Origin: an uncultured Eubacterium sp.
GTDB taxonomy: Bacteria; Bacillota; Clostridia; Lachnospirales; Lachnospiraceae
DNA length: 46,586 nucleotides
Assembly: GCA_964526765.1 (NCBI GenBank)
Contig: CAZGMH010000002.1
Coordinates: forward strand, 3,128-49,713
Reading direction: 5' to 3'
The notes under the pieces were generated by a model that was not told the DNA's origin, ran no database searches, and was given only the letters and a program-made list of their open reading frames with translations. A program made the translations under genes and the position numbers. Positions 1-9,270 of the stretch are shown one piece after another (position 1 is the stretch's first letter; every line of letters begins with the position of its first letter).

Positions 1-681
1 ATTTCTTTCCCCAAATATGCCTGTCCCGACACGGACCATCGTGGCGCCCTCTTCGATTGCCACCTCGTAATCTCCGGTCATTCCCATGGACAAAATACGC
101 ATGTCTACATTATCAATGTTTTTATCCCTGATGTCAACAGATAATTCCCTGATTTGCTTAAAATATTTGCGGTTTTCCTCCGCATTTTCTACAAAGGGAG
201 CAATCGTCATCAGACCGCAGATGCGGATATTCGGGAGCTTTGCCGCATCCTCCACCAGACGCATCGCCCCGTCGCGGGAGGCGCCGAATTTCGTCTCCTC
301 CCCTGCAATATTTACCTCAATCAGTATATCTGTTGTTACATTGTGTTTTACAGACTGGGCGCTGATTTCCTCTGCCAGACGACAGGAATCAACAGAGTGA
401 ATCAGATAGGATTTCCCCATCAGATATTTTACTTTGTTTCTCTGCAAATGTCCAATCATATGCCAGTGGATATCTTTGGGCATAACGTCATATTTATCCA
501 TCATTTCCTGCACTTTATTTTCGCCAAATTCGCGAATGCCTGTATCATAAGCCTCTGTAAGCATAGATACGGGTTTTGTCTTGCTCACTGCAATCAGCGT
601 AACCTCTGAACGGTCACGGCCGGCGCGGTCACAGGCAGCCTGGATTCTCTTTTCTACTTCTTCTAAATTTTCTCGGATCAT
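1..681 (-). CDS. yggS: YggS family PLP-binding protein (3' end truncated by window edge)
   Basis: Manual translation from ATG at 681 (GGAGG RBS): MIRENLEEVEKRIQAACDRAGRDRSEVTLIAVSKTKP... ending MVRVGTGIFGERN; AVSK PLP-lysine motif. Not in the ORF track because the stop lies outside the window. Confidence 0.95.
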   Translation of the reverse strand, partial: MIRENLEEVEKRIQAACDRAGRDRSEVTLIAVSKTKPVSMLTEAYDTGIREFGENKVQEMMDKYDVMPKDIHWHMIGHLQRNKVKYLMGKSYLIHSVDSCRLAEEISAQSVKHNVTTDILIEVNIAGEETKFGASRDGAMRLVEDAAKLPNIRICGLMTIAPFVENAEENRKYFKQIRELSVDIRDKNIDNVDMRILSMGMTGDYEVAIEEGATMVRVGTGIFGERN

Positions 682-697
682 ATTGTATTTGCCTCCT

Positions 698-2107
698 TTA
701 ATTTCCAAATTCACCCTCATTGATGGCGCTGCCATCCAGAGCTATATGGTCATACAGGGAAATTCCATAAGCAGTTCCCTTCTTTATAATGCTGTATTCC
801 TCATTTTGCGCTACAACCTCTATCTGTTTGAATACGGCATATCCTTTATTCATATTGTATACGCCTTTCAGTGACGCCGTATCCTGAATCACATACTGTT
901 CCGACGAGCCTGGAAGCTGTATGGTATCGCCTGCGTTCAGATTTTCCTCATCCACATAATATGTATCGTCCGTCTCGTAATAAAGGTCCGTAGCGATAAA
1001 TTCCATAGTCTCTTTATTTTTCTTATCCCGTGTCACCTTTATCACGCCGCTGCTGGATGAATCATCCCCTTTTCCAATATATTCTTTCGGTATTACAAGA
1101 AATTCCTTCTCTGTAATTGCAGAGTTCGGTATCTTCAATCCCTCCGCATTGTCCGAGCCCAGTTCAACCTCCAGATACCGGTCAGATAAAAAACGTACCA
1201 TGGAGCTGTTAAAGGCCAGTTGAAGGAACGTCCGGGAATCATAGGTTCTGATCGTGGCAGTTGCATAGGCGCTGGTATCATCCTTTTTAAAGACGACCTT
1301 TATTACAAAGGATTCCTGCCCCTCGCTGATCTCACTCTGATAGACGGCTGTCTCCTCATCTGTAATGGGAACCATAATATACCAGTTTTCATTTGACACA
1401 ATTTTGTATAAAGCCTGTCCGGATACGACGGATGTATTGCTCTTTAGATTATTTTTCGTATAAGCGGACGGATTGAATTGCTCCTCGCTGAATGTGTCGG
1501 GCGTGATGCTTTCATATCCGTCTGTATAAAAAGCGAGAACGCCGTCCACCGGAGCCCGGACAAAGGAAAATGTATTCTGGGATATCGCCGTGCTTGTCTG
1601 CTCGGACAAACTGTTCAGTGCGCTTAAATATAGATTTTCCTGAATCTTGGCGTTAATCCCTTCCTTAAAAGCGTAAACATTATAAAAGTGTGTATCCGAA
1701 AAATTTTCGGAAAACTCCGTTATATCATCCTGGATTTTTATAAGCTCCTCCTGAGACAGATTGGTTCCGTCCAGACCTGCCTGGGAAATTGCATCCGATA
1801 TATTTCCGTTTTTATCAATGGAACAGATCAGGTCATTAAATCCTGCCTTGTCGCCCTCTTTTTTGTAATAATTGACATCTCCGGTTTCTTCGGAATAACA
1901 GACATCCTCCGACCTGAGAATCAATCCCGTATAGGACATATTTTTGGCAATCTGCCCCTGTTGGACTTCATAAACGGAAATATGATTCCGGGTCAGAAAA
2001 GAAAATAAATAAATTAAAAAATATATTAAAACAAAGGCAAATATAATAACGCCTATATTTATATGAAAGCGTTTTTGATAACGCACTACTTTTCGCTTTT
2101 TTTTCAT
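698..2107 (-). CDS. Membrane-anchored HlyD/membrane-fusion-like protein
   Basis: 469 aa; basic N-terminus, one TM helix, hairpin/lipoyl-like motif (VRAPVDGVLAFYTDGYE), GLKIPNSAI; position upstream of yggS is typical of Clostridia. Confidence 0.65.
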   Translation of the reverse strand: MKKKRKVVRYQKRFHINIGVIIFAFVLIYFLIYLFSFLTRNHISVYEVQQGQIAKNMSYTGLILRSEDVCYSEETGDVNYYKKEGDKAGFNDLICSIDKNGNISDAISQAGLDGTNLSQEELIKIQDDITEFSENFSDTHFYNVYAFKEGINAKIQENLYLSALNSLSEQTSTAISQNTFSFVRAPVDGVLAFYTDGYESITPDTFSEEQFNPSAYTKNNLKSNTSVVSGQALYKIVSNENWYIMVPITDEETAVYQSEISEGQESFVIKVVFKKDDTSAYATATIRTYDSRTFLQLAFNSSMVRFLSDRYLEVELGSDNAEGLKIPNSAITEKEFLVIPKEYIGKGDDSSSSGVIKVTRDKKNKETMEFIATDLYYETDDTYYVDEENLNAGDTIQLPGSSEQYVIQDTASLKGVYNMNKGYAVFKQIEVVAQNEEYSIIKKGTAYGISLYDHIALDGSAINEGEFGN

Positions 2108-2141
2108 GATCGATTACTCCAATATGTATGATACATTCCGT

Positions 2142-2170
2142 GTATAAAACCAAATTTTTTGTGTATACTA
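2142..2170 (+). promoter_or_regulatory. Putative sigma-G/sigma-F type forespore promoter
   Basis: GTATA-N17-TATACTA ahead of the AAGGAGG RBS of the DUF378 gene; resembles the B. subtilis sigma-G consensus. Confidence 0.45.
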
Positions 2171-2192
2171 TTTTTCATAAGGAGGTGTATAT

Positions 2193-2405
2193 ATGAATAC
2201 CAAAGTATTAGATATCATTCTTCTTGCATTGATTATTATTGGTGCAATTAACTGGGGTCTAATCGGATTTTTCCGTTTTGATTTGATTTCTTTTATTTTT
2301 GGCAATATGTCATGGATATCCCGTATTATATATGCCCTGGTTGGTATCAGCGGTCTCTATATGCTCAGTGCGTTTGGGCGCATCAAATCTATGGGAGAAT
2401 CATAA
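2193..2405 (+). CDS. DUF378 family small membrane protein (YuzA-like)
   Basis: 70 aa with IIGAINWGLIGFFRFDL...IIYALVG signature; strong RBS. Confidence 0.9.
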   Translation: MNTKVLDIILLALIIIGAINWGLIGFFRFDLISFIFGNMSWISRIIYALVGISGLYMLSAFGRIKSMGES

Positions 2406-2445
2406 TGCAAAATATCGATGATATAAAAATCATTGATACGTTAAA

Positions 2446-2474
2446 AGGTGTCTTAAGATAATCTTAAGACACCT
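2446..2474. terminator. Probable bidirectional terminator hairpin
   Basis: Perfect 14-bp inverted repeat AGGTGTCTTAAGAT-A-ATCTTAAGACACCT between convergent genes; U-tract on the minus side. Confidence 0.75.
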
Positions 2475-2485
2475 GAAAAACGATT

Positions 2486-2905
2486 TTATAAAGAAACAAT
2501 CAGTCTTGCTTTTGCACACTCAGGCAAGTCTACTTCGTCTTTGGAAACGCTTAAAATAAATTTCACACCGAATTTCTCGCTGATTACATCCAGCTTTTCA
2601 ATTGCATGTACAATCTGGTCATCGCTCAGATTTGCAATTGTAAGGAAGCTGTCAAGATACATTTCCTGAAGATCGTAATCCTGTGATACAATACCACAGA
2701 TAAATCCTAAAAATTCATCACAATTGGTGACCGGATAGTCTGCCACGTTAATCAAACGAACTTTATTTGTTAATTCATGCATATGTTTCTGACTTTTATC
2801 CAGATATACAATATTACCGGTAGCACTTTCAACAGCAGTGTTTACCATATCCAATAAATATTTTGTCTTACCCTTTCCTTTTTTGCCGGCAATAATTTCA
2901 ACCAT
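2486..2905 (-). CDS. Small P-loop protein of unknown function
   Basis: 139 aa; Walker A GKKGKGKT at N-terminus and Walker-B-like MYLDS; AGGAGG RBS. Confidence 0.75.
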   Translation of the reverse strand: MVEIIAGKKGKGKTKYLLDMVNTAVESATGNIVYLDKSQKHMHELTNKVRLINVADYPVTNCDEFLGFICGIVSQDYDLQEMYLDSFLTIANLSDDQIVHAIEKLDVISEKFGVKFILSVSKDEVDLPECAKARLIVSL

Positions 2906-2992
2906 TGTCTTATCCTCCTACCTTTGCGCTGCATGATAATACCTCTCAAATCGTTTATGAAACAGGTAAAAGCAAACGCTTTTTATAAAAAT

Positions 2993-3021
2993 ATTATATT
3001 ATATCCCTATCTAAAATACAA
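2993..3021 (-). promoter_or_regulatory. Sigma-A promoter for the small P-loop gene
   Basis: Minus strand TTGTAT-N17-TATAAT. Confidence 0.6.
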
Positions 3022-3024
3022 CCG

Positions 3025-4011
3025 TTAATTCGAAAAATTCGTGAGCATTTCCGTCATCATTGTATATAGATGATCTTTGGAATCGCTCTTTAACACAACG
3101 GAAATCACAGGCTGGTTTTCCTCGTTCATACTGTATAAAACAAGGCATGAACCGGCTGCATTTGTGGTTCCGGTCTTTCCGCCGACAACCGTGATATTTT
3201 CCGGTTCCTCATAATTTCCTTTCAGATAACCGTTTGTGTTGACCCATGTCGTTTCCACGGCTTCTCCGGAAGCATTCAGGTAAGATGCTTCATATGTTTT
3301 TGTTGAGATATAATTTACAAAACGCTCATCCTTTACAGCCGCATTGAATATGAGATAAAGGTCATAAGCGGTTGTGTAATGGTTTTCGTCCGGAAGCCCG
3401 TGGGCATTTACAAAATGGGATTGGGTTGCGCCGAGCGCTGCCGCCTCCGAGTTCATCAAATCTGCAAATGCATCGAGACTGCCTGAAACATATTCGGCTA
3501 TCGCATTTGCCGCGTCGTTGCCGCTGCAGAGCATAAGCCCGTATAGCGCCTGATCCAGCGTAAGCTGATCTCCCGGCTGCAGGCCGCAGACAGAAGAACC
3601 CGAATCCAGACTGCCAATCGCCTCATCGGATACGGTAATCATATCGTCAGGATTGCCATACTTCAAAGCGAGATATGCCGTCAATATCTTAGTCGTGCTT
3701 GCCGGATATCGTTTTTCGTAAATGTTCTGCGCATATGTAATTTCTTCATCTTCCACCGAAAAAACAGCCGCACTCCCGGCATATTCGGAATCTACTGCGT
3801 CGGAAACCGTATTTTCTGCGCCTCCCACGCACAAATCTTCTGCCATAAGTGAAACCTGTTTCTGCATCACGCTGTCCGTGAGCTGATAGGTATCGGACGT
3901 ATCATACACCTGATAGGCATCCGCCAGTTCCCCGCGCTGTGTGCATCCGCCCAGCATCAGGCAGACAACAGCCACGGGAACCGCCCATTTTATCTTATTT
4001 ATACATTTCAC
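3025..4011 (-). CDS. D-alanyl-D-alanine carboxypeptidase (peptidase S11), probable lipoprotein
   Basis: PASTTK (SxxK), SGND (SxN) and GKTG motifs; LGGC lipobox. Confidence 0.92.
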   Translation of the reverse strand: MKCINKIKWAVPVAVVCLMLGGCTQRGELADAYQVYDTSDTYQLTDSVMQKQVSLMAEDLCVGGAENTVSDAVDSEYAGSAAVFSVEDEEITYAQNIYEKRYPASTTKILTAYLALKYGNPDDMITVSDEAIGSLDSGSSVCGLQPGDQLTLDQALYGLMLCSGNDAANAIAEYVSGSLDAFADLMNSEAAALGATQSHFVNAHGLPDENHYTTAYDLYLIFNAAVKDERFVNYISTKTYEASYLNASGEAVETTWVNTNGYLKGNYEEPENITVVGGKTGTTNAAGSCLVLYSMNEENQPVISVVLKSDSKDHLYTMMTEMLTNFSN

Positions 4012-4390
4012 GCCAGTCCAAATCTCCTCTGTCTAAAGAATGAATCAGCAATTCCGCCGTGGCAAGATTTGTCGCCAGCGGAATATTATGTGTATCACAG
4101 AGACGGACAATGTTGTTTACATCCGGTTCATGTGATTTGAAAGTCAGCGGATCCCTCAGAAAAATAACAAGATCCATATGATTATTTTCAATATCTGCGC
4201 CAAACTGCTGGGAACCTCCCAGATGCCCCGCAAGATATTTGTGAACTGTAAGATTGGTGGACTCCTCCACCAGCCGTCCTGTCGTCCCCGTCGCATAAAG
4301 GGAATTCCTTCCGAGGATCCCCCTGTAAGCGATACAGAAATTCTGCATCAGTTTCTTCTTGGAATCATGTGCAATTAACCCAATATTCAT
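3995..4390 (-). CDS. mgsA: Methylglyoxal synthase
   Basis: Likely start at 4390 (MNIGLIAHDSKK), with ATGTTG, HEPDV and PLATNLATAE motifs; start overlaps the rodA stop (TAATG). The ORF-track start at 4639 is an overextension. Confidence 0.95.
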   Translation of the reverse strand: MNIGLIAHDSKKKLMQNFCIAYRGILGRNSLYATGTTGRLVEESTNLTVHKYLAGHLGGSQQFGADIENNHMDLVIFLRDPLTFKSHEPDVNNIVRLCDTHNIPLATNLATAELLIHSLDRGDLDWREMYK

Positions 4391-5514
4391 TATTCTATGT
4401 CCCCCGTTCCATATTTTCTGGCTTGAAGACCAACATTGAGTACCATCCCCAATCCGATAAAAAGACTTATTAAAGATGTCAGTCCATAGCTGACAAACGG
4501 AAGAGGCAGCCCTGTATTTGGCATTAAGCCGGTTGTAACACATATATTTACAAAACTCTGAAAGCCAATCAATGCCGCCATTCCGCAGCAGATAAGCCTT
4601 CCACCGAGATCTTTTGCATTCTTTGCAATTAGTATACACTCAAAAATTATCAAAAGCAACAATATAATTATCGTTACACAACCAACAAATCCCAATTCCT
4701 CCCCCACAACAGAGAAAATAAAGTCTGTCTGAGGTTCGGAGATAAAATTGCCATTTTTTACAGAGGTGATGGAACTGTTATTCAGCCCCTTTCCCCAAAG
4801 CTGCCCGGAACCGATAGCCATAATCGAATTGTCCTGCTGATATCTGTCATCCGCATATTTCTCCGGTTCGATAAAAGCCATGATTCGGGTGTATTGATAG
4901 TCTTTCAGGGGAAGCGCACGTTTTAAAATCAAAATAATTCCCAGAATTCCCACAGGTACGGAGACAGCCAGGGCTCCCGCCACAATTTTATAACTCAGCC
5001 CCGCAATATATATGAGGACAATAAATATCAGTGCGGTAATGATTGTCGTGGATAAATCCGGCTCCTTCACAATCAGTATCAGAGGAATCCCCATCAAAAT
5101 AACAGTCAGGGCGAGAATTTTCCATGTATTTAACTGTTCATGATATTTCATAAAAAATCCGGCAAAATAAATAATCAGCAATATTTTGCAAAATTCAGAC
5201 GGCTGAAAACGGAAGCCGTGAAATTCCACCCACCGGGTAGCCCCACCGGTATGATAGCCGAGACCGGGGACAAAAATCAATGCCAGAAGAATCACGGATA
5301 ACAAATAAATGGGTCTCCGGAATTTCAGGATCACGCCGTAATCTATCAGAGATACGATTACCATGATGATGAGCCCGCCAACGAGTCCGATTACCTGCTT
5401 ATCCTGAACAGATTCTTTCGCACTTCCGATTACCATGATCCCGATCACACAAAGTATTACTGCATATGCTATCAGCCGGAACCTGTAATCTTTTATTTTG
5501 TATTTCTTTAACAT
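4390..5514 (-). CDS. rodA: SEDS family peptidoglycan glycosyltransferase RodA
   Basis: GATRW, FQPSEFCK, EPDL, QTDFIFSVVGEELG and LPFVSYG motifs; lies in the mreBCD operon. Confidence 0.9.
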   Translation of the reverse strand: MLKKYKIKDYRFRLIAYAVILCVIGIMVIGSAKESVQDKQVIGLVGGLIIMVIVSLIDYGVILKFRRPIYLLSVILLALIFVPGLGYHTGGATRWVEFHGFRFQPSEFCKILLIIYFAGFFMKYHEQLNTWKILALTVILMGIPLILIVKEPDLSTTIITALIFIVLIYIAGLSYKIVAGALAVSVPVGILGIILILKRALPLKDYQYTRIMAFIEPEKYADDRYQQDNSIMAIGSGQLWGKGLNNSSITSVKNGNFISEPQTDFIFSVVGEELGFVGCVTIIILLLLIIFECILIAKNAKDLGGRLICCGMAALIGFQSFVNICVTTGLMPNTGLPLPFVSYGLTSLISLFIGLGMVLNVGLQARKYGTGDIE

Positions 5515-5559
5515 ACCTGTCCTCCAAAAAGAGCTTTATCTTTTATGTATGAAATGTCC

Positions 5560-6369
5560 TTAATGTGCCGGAAGTAAACGTCCTTTTCTTCTTCTCTTAC
5601 GCTCTTTCCTTCTGCCGCCCGTGTTTTTCCCGGGTTCTTCCAACGGAATCTTCCGTCCCATGATCCGCCGGCATATATTTGCATAGGCTTCCCCGGCAGG
5701 CGTATCGCTGCCAACCAGGGGAACTCCCTGATTTGTGGAAATTACCACTTTTTTATCATCGACAATTGCCCCGATCAGTTCCACACAGAGAATATCCGAA
5801 ATATCCCTCACATTCAGCATTTGTCCCTGACGAACCATCTCCGGACGGATACGGTTCACAATCAGACGCACGTCACTGATTCCCCGGGAGAACAAAAGCC
5901 CTATTACGCGGTCTGCATCCCGCACAGAAGAAATTTCCGGTGTCGTAACCACAAGAGCCCGGCCAGCCCCTGCTATAGCAACCTGAAATCCCTGCTCGAT
6001 ACCTGCCGGACAATCCAGCAGGATATAATCAAAATCGTCCTTTAGTTCAGATATCAGCTTTTTCATCTGTTCCGGGGTGACGGCGGATTTATCCCTTGTC
6101 TGGGCTGCAGGTATCAGATAGAGATTCGGGAACTGCCTGTCCCGGATCAAAGCCTGCCGGATGCGGCAGTTTCCTTCTACAATATCCACCAGATTGTAAA
6201 CAATCCGATGCTCCAGCCCCATTACCACATCCAGATTTCTGAGACCGATATCTGTGTCGATCATGACAACCTTTTTCCGGAGCAGGGCAAGCCCTGCACC
6301 GATATTTGCGGTAGTCGTTGTCTTTCCGACACCGCCTTTTCCTGATGTTATAACAATTACTTCACACAT
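5560..6369 (-). CDS. minD: Septum site-determining ATPase MinD
   Basis: Deviant Walker A KGGVGKTT, DIGLRNLD, DCPAGIE and SSVRDADR. Confidence 0.95.
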   Translation of the reverse strand: MCEVIVITSGKGGVGKTTTTANIGAGLALLRKKVVMIDTDIGLRNLDVVMGLEHRIVYNLVDIVEGNCRIRQALIRDRQFPNLYLIPAAQTRDKSAVTPEQMKKLISELKDDFDYILLDCPAGIEQGFQVAIAGAGRALVVTTPEISSVRDADRVIGLLFSRGISDVRLIVNRIRPEMVRQGQMLNVRDISDILCVELIGAIVDDKKVVISTNQGVPLVGSDTPAGEAYANICRRIMGRKIPLEEPGKNTGGRRKERKRRRKGRLLPAH

Positions 6370-6423
6370 ACAAAAGATACCTCCTGATTTTATATTGTCT
6401 CATATCTTTTGTACGCTGAAATC

Positions 6424-9270
6424 TCAGTCTGTTACGGCATTGCTGGAAGCTCCCACATCCGCAGCCTGTCCATTAATCAATTCTTCTTCTGTTGCTTCAC
6501 CAAAGTAATATTTGATCACATCATTGATAAAGTCACAGGCGTTGCTGGAACCATATCCATAAGCAATACGCGCTGCAACTGCAATCTCAGGGTCTTCATA
6601 AGGTGCGTAGCCGACAAACAGGGCATGGTTGGGACGCTCGTCCTCCTCTGCCGTACCTGTCTTTCCTGCCAGATGTACATTTAAATCATCAAATACATCA
6701 TGTGTCTCAATTACCAGTCTCATACCCTCGTGAATCGCCTGCCATGTGGATGCGGAGACGTCCGTAATCTCGTTGCGCACCTCAGGACTATATTCCCGCA
6801 ATGTATTGCCGTCGGAGTCTGTCACTTTGTCAAGCAGCGTCATATTATAAACCGTTCCCTCGTTTGCAATCGCAGCCGCATAACGGCACAACTGGGAGGT
6901 TGTATAATTGTTATTACTCTGTCCAATGGAGGCGGAAATCGGATACTCAGTGGCAATTTTGGAATTGCTTTCAGCGATTTCCAGATTCGTTTTATCGCCG
7001 AGTCCGAATTCCGACGCATATTTCGTTAATGCATCCAGACCTTTGTTTTCATCATAGGTGTCGCCGTCCAGGCTGAGCAGATAGCCAACTTCACAGAAAA
7101 AGTAGTTACAGGAATCCCGTATGGCCTCCACAACATTAATCTTACCGTGGGTGGACGGATGAATCCAGCAGTCCAGGTCCAATCCAAGTCTGGTATAGGT
7201 TCCCTCATCCTCAATAATCGTGTCTGTCGTGATTACGCCCTCTGTCAGGCCGGCCGCCGTAGTGACCATTTTAAATGTGGAACCGGGCGCCGTAGTCTGC
7301 TGTGTGGCATTATTATATAAAGGCAGGGAGCCATCCTGCAAAAGTCCGTTGTAGTAATCGGAGTCCATCGTATTTGCCAGCCGGTTTGTATCGTATCCCG
7401 GATATGTTACGCTCGCCAGCAGTTCTCCCGTATTCGGGTCCATGATAACACAGGAACCGGTACATGGGTCTAGGGCAAGCTGGGCAGGAGTCAGCTCCAG
7501 GCTTCGGATTTTGCTCTTTAAGAAAGAATATGCACTGGTTGAACCGCTTCTTAATTTTGCAGCCTGCTCCCCGTCCTCTGCCAGTACCCCCTGTTCATAG
7601 AGGATCAGGCATAGCTGTGTTCCTGTTATTCTATCATCCATAATCAGATATTTATAAATAATTTTGTCGAAAGCATTGTCTGATTTTAACTGCTCCATCA
7701 CATAGGAAACAAGGACGTTATAAATTTCTCCGGTATCTGCATATTTTTCATCAAGCTCAAAGGCGGAAATGTCAATCCAGGAAGAGTCCACCGCATGTTT
7801 TAAATATTCCTGAATCGAGATATTTCCGGCTCTCCATTCCGTGTATACGGAATCTGACGAATCTACCAGAGAAGAATCAAACACGGACTTATCCTGAAGC
7901 ATAGTGACTATATAGGTCATATACTCCTGCACTTCCCCGGAAAGATCGTTATATGCCGTATTGCCCTGCAGCGTGCTTTCTACCGTCTGCAGTACGGAAT
8001 TTTGTTGTGAAACGAACGTCTGATATACATCCGCCTGCTCGGTTCCGGTTTCCGCAGCCGCCAGCTTTTTCACACTGATCACGCTATTTTCAATCAACGC
8101 GTTATACACGTCATAAATTGGAATGTATGTCTTGGATTCACTGGTAGTTTTCGCATTGATAATTTGTGAATACAGAATACCCGCCAGCTCCTGCTCCAGC
8201 AGATCATATACTGCCATCTGCAGATTCGCGTCAATAGACAGGTAAACATCATTTCCGGCTGAAGGTTCTTCGTAATCCTTTACTTCCAGAATTTTTCCAA
8301 GATTATTTACATAAACTGTCCTGGAACCCTTATTTCCCTGAAGCTCAAGCTCCATGTACTCCTCAATGCCGGACTTCCCTACAATATCGTTCAATGTATA
8401 ACTGTCATCTTCCGCCGACAGCTTCTCATATCTGTCCGTATCGATTTTTCCCGTCCAGCCGATAATATGGGAAAAATATTCGGGATAATCATAAACCCTC
8501 TTGGTATCCTCCTGAACTTCCACTCCCTGAAGCTCATAGGCATGTTCCTTGATCATTGCAACCGTCTCATCTGAAACATCCTCCGCAACATTCGTGGCAA
8601 TATATTTCTGATAGGAATTCTGGAACAGGCCGTAACGCACAATCATAATCTGATATGCCCGGTAACGGTCGTAGATATCCGTATCAACGGCAAACTTACT
8701 CAGCAGATATTCATACATCTGCTCCGGGGTTGCCTGGGCTTCGTCATATCCCAGTTTGTTGTTAATCTTCAGGTCAGATATGTCTGTATGCCCGTAAATA
8801 TCTGCGCGAAAACGCATCAACTGGTTATCTTCCACCAGGAAAGACAGCGTTCCGTCCGCATCCATATGAAGATTGAAATCATTTACAATGGGATCGCCGT
8901 TCTCCTCAATCATATCAATGAGAGTATTGATTTCTGCGTTCAGGGCGGACGCACGCTCATCGGTGGAGGAATATGTGCCGTTATCTTCCAGAGTGACCGT
9001 ATAGGACAGCTCATTATGGGCAAGCAGAACGCCGTTCCGGTCATAAATATTTCCGCGGGTTCCGTCAATGGAGATTTCCTTTTCGATGCTCAGGGTATAA
9101 TTATTCAGATATTCTTCCCCCTTGATAATCTGCAGCGTAAACAAATGCTGAATGACATACAGAAAAATGACCAGCATCACAATCCAGAAGACAAATAATC
9201 TTGATTTTACAATTTTAACAATCCATTCTTTTAATTGATCAACCAAATTTAGCTGCGCTCCTTCTTTCAA
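6424..9270 (-). CDS. Class B penicillin-binding protein (PBP2/MrdA-like) with large insertions
   Basis: N-terminal TM; RGNIYDRNG, GKSGIE, GSTFK (SxxK), SCN and GKTGT. The real start is probably TTG at 9246 after AAGGAG. Confidence 0.9.
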   Translation of the reverse strand: MKEGAQLNLVDQLKEWIVKIVKSRLFVFWIVMLVIFLYVIQHLFTLQIIKGEEYLNNYTLSIEKEISIDGTRGNIYDRNGVLLAHNELSYTVTLEDNGTYSSTDERASALNAEINTLIDMIEENGDPIVNDFNLHMDADGTLSFLVEDNQLMRFRADIYGHTDISDLKINNKLGYDEAQATPEQMYEYLLSKFAVDTDIYDRYRAYQIMIVRYGLFQNSYQKYIATNVAEDVSDETVAMIKEHAYELQGVEVQEDTKRVYDYPEYFSHIIGWTGKIDTDRYEKLSAEDDSYTLNDIVGKSGIEEYMELELQGNKGSRTVYVNNLGKILEVKDYEEPSAGNDVYLSIDANLQMAVYDLLEQELAGILYSQIINAKTTSESKTYIPIYDVYNALIENSVISVKKLAAAETGTEQADVYQTFVSQQNSVLQTVESTLQGNTAYNDLSGEVQEYMTYIVTMLQDKSVFDSSLVDSSDSVYTEWRAGNISIQEYLKHAVDSSWIDISAFELDEKYADTGEIYNVLVSYVMEQLKSDNAFDKIIYKYLIMDDRITGTQLCLILYEQGVLAEDGEQAAKLRSGSTSAYSFLKSKIRSLELTPAQLALDPCTGSCVIMDPNTGELLASVTYPGYDTNRLANTMDSDYYNGLLQDGSLPLYNNATQQTTAPGSTFKMVTTAAGLTEGVITTDTIIEDEGTYTRLGLDLDCWIHPSTHGKINVVEAIRDSCNYFFCEVGYLLSLDGDTYDENKGLDALTKYASEFGLGDKTNLEIAESNSKIATEYPISASIGQSNNNYTTSQLCRYAAAIANEGTVYNMTLLDKVTDSDGNTLREYSPEVRNEITDVSASTWQAIHEGMRLVIETHDVFDDLNVHLAGKTGTAEEDERPNHALFVGYAPYEDPEIAVAARIAYGYGSSNACDFINDVIKYYFGEATEEELINGQAADVGASSNAVTD

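Noticed and set aside
86-874. Three plus-strand ORFs at the window start
   Set aside because: They are antisense to yggS and the HlyD-like gene.
4391-4639. N-terminal extension of MgsA in the ORF track
   Set aside because: It overlaps rodA in another frame; homology begins at Met 4390.
5508-5714. 68-aa ORF after minD as a possible minE
   Set aside because: It overlaps minD in another frame, has no RBS and lacks the MinE AKERL motif.
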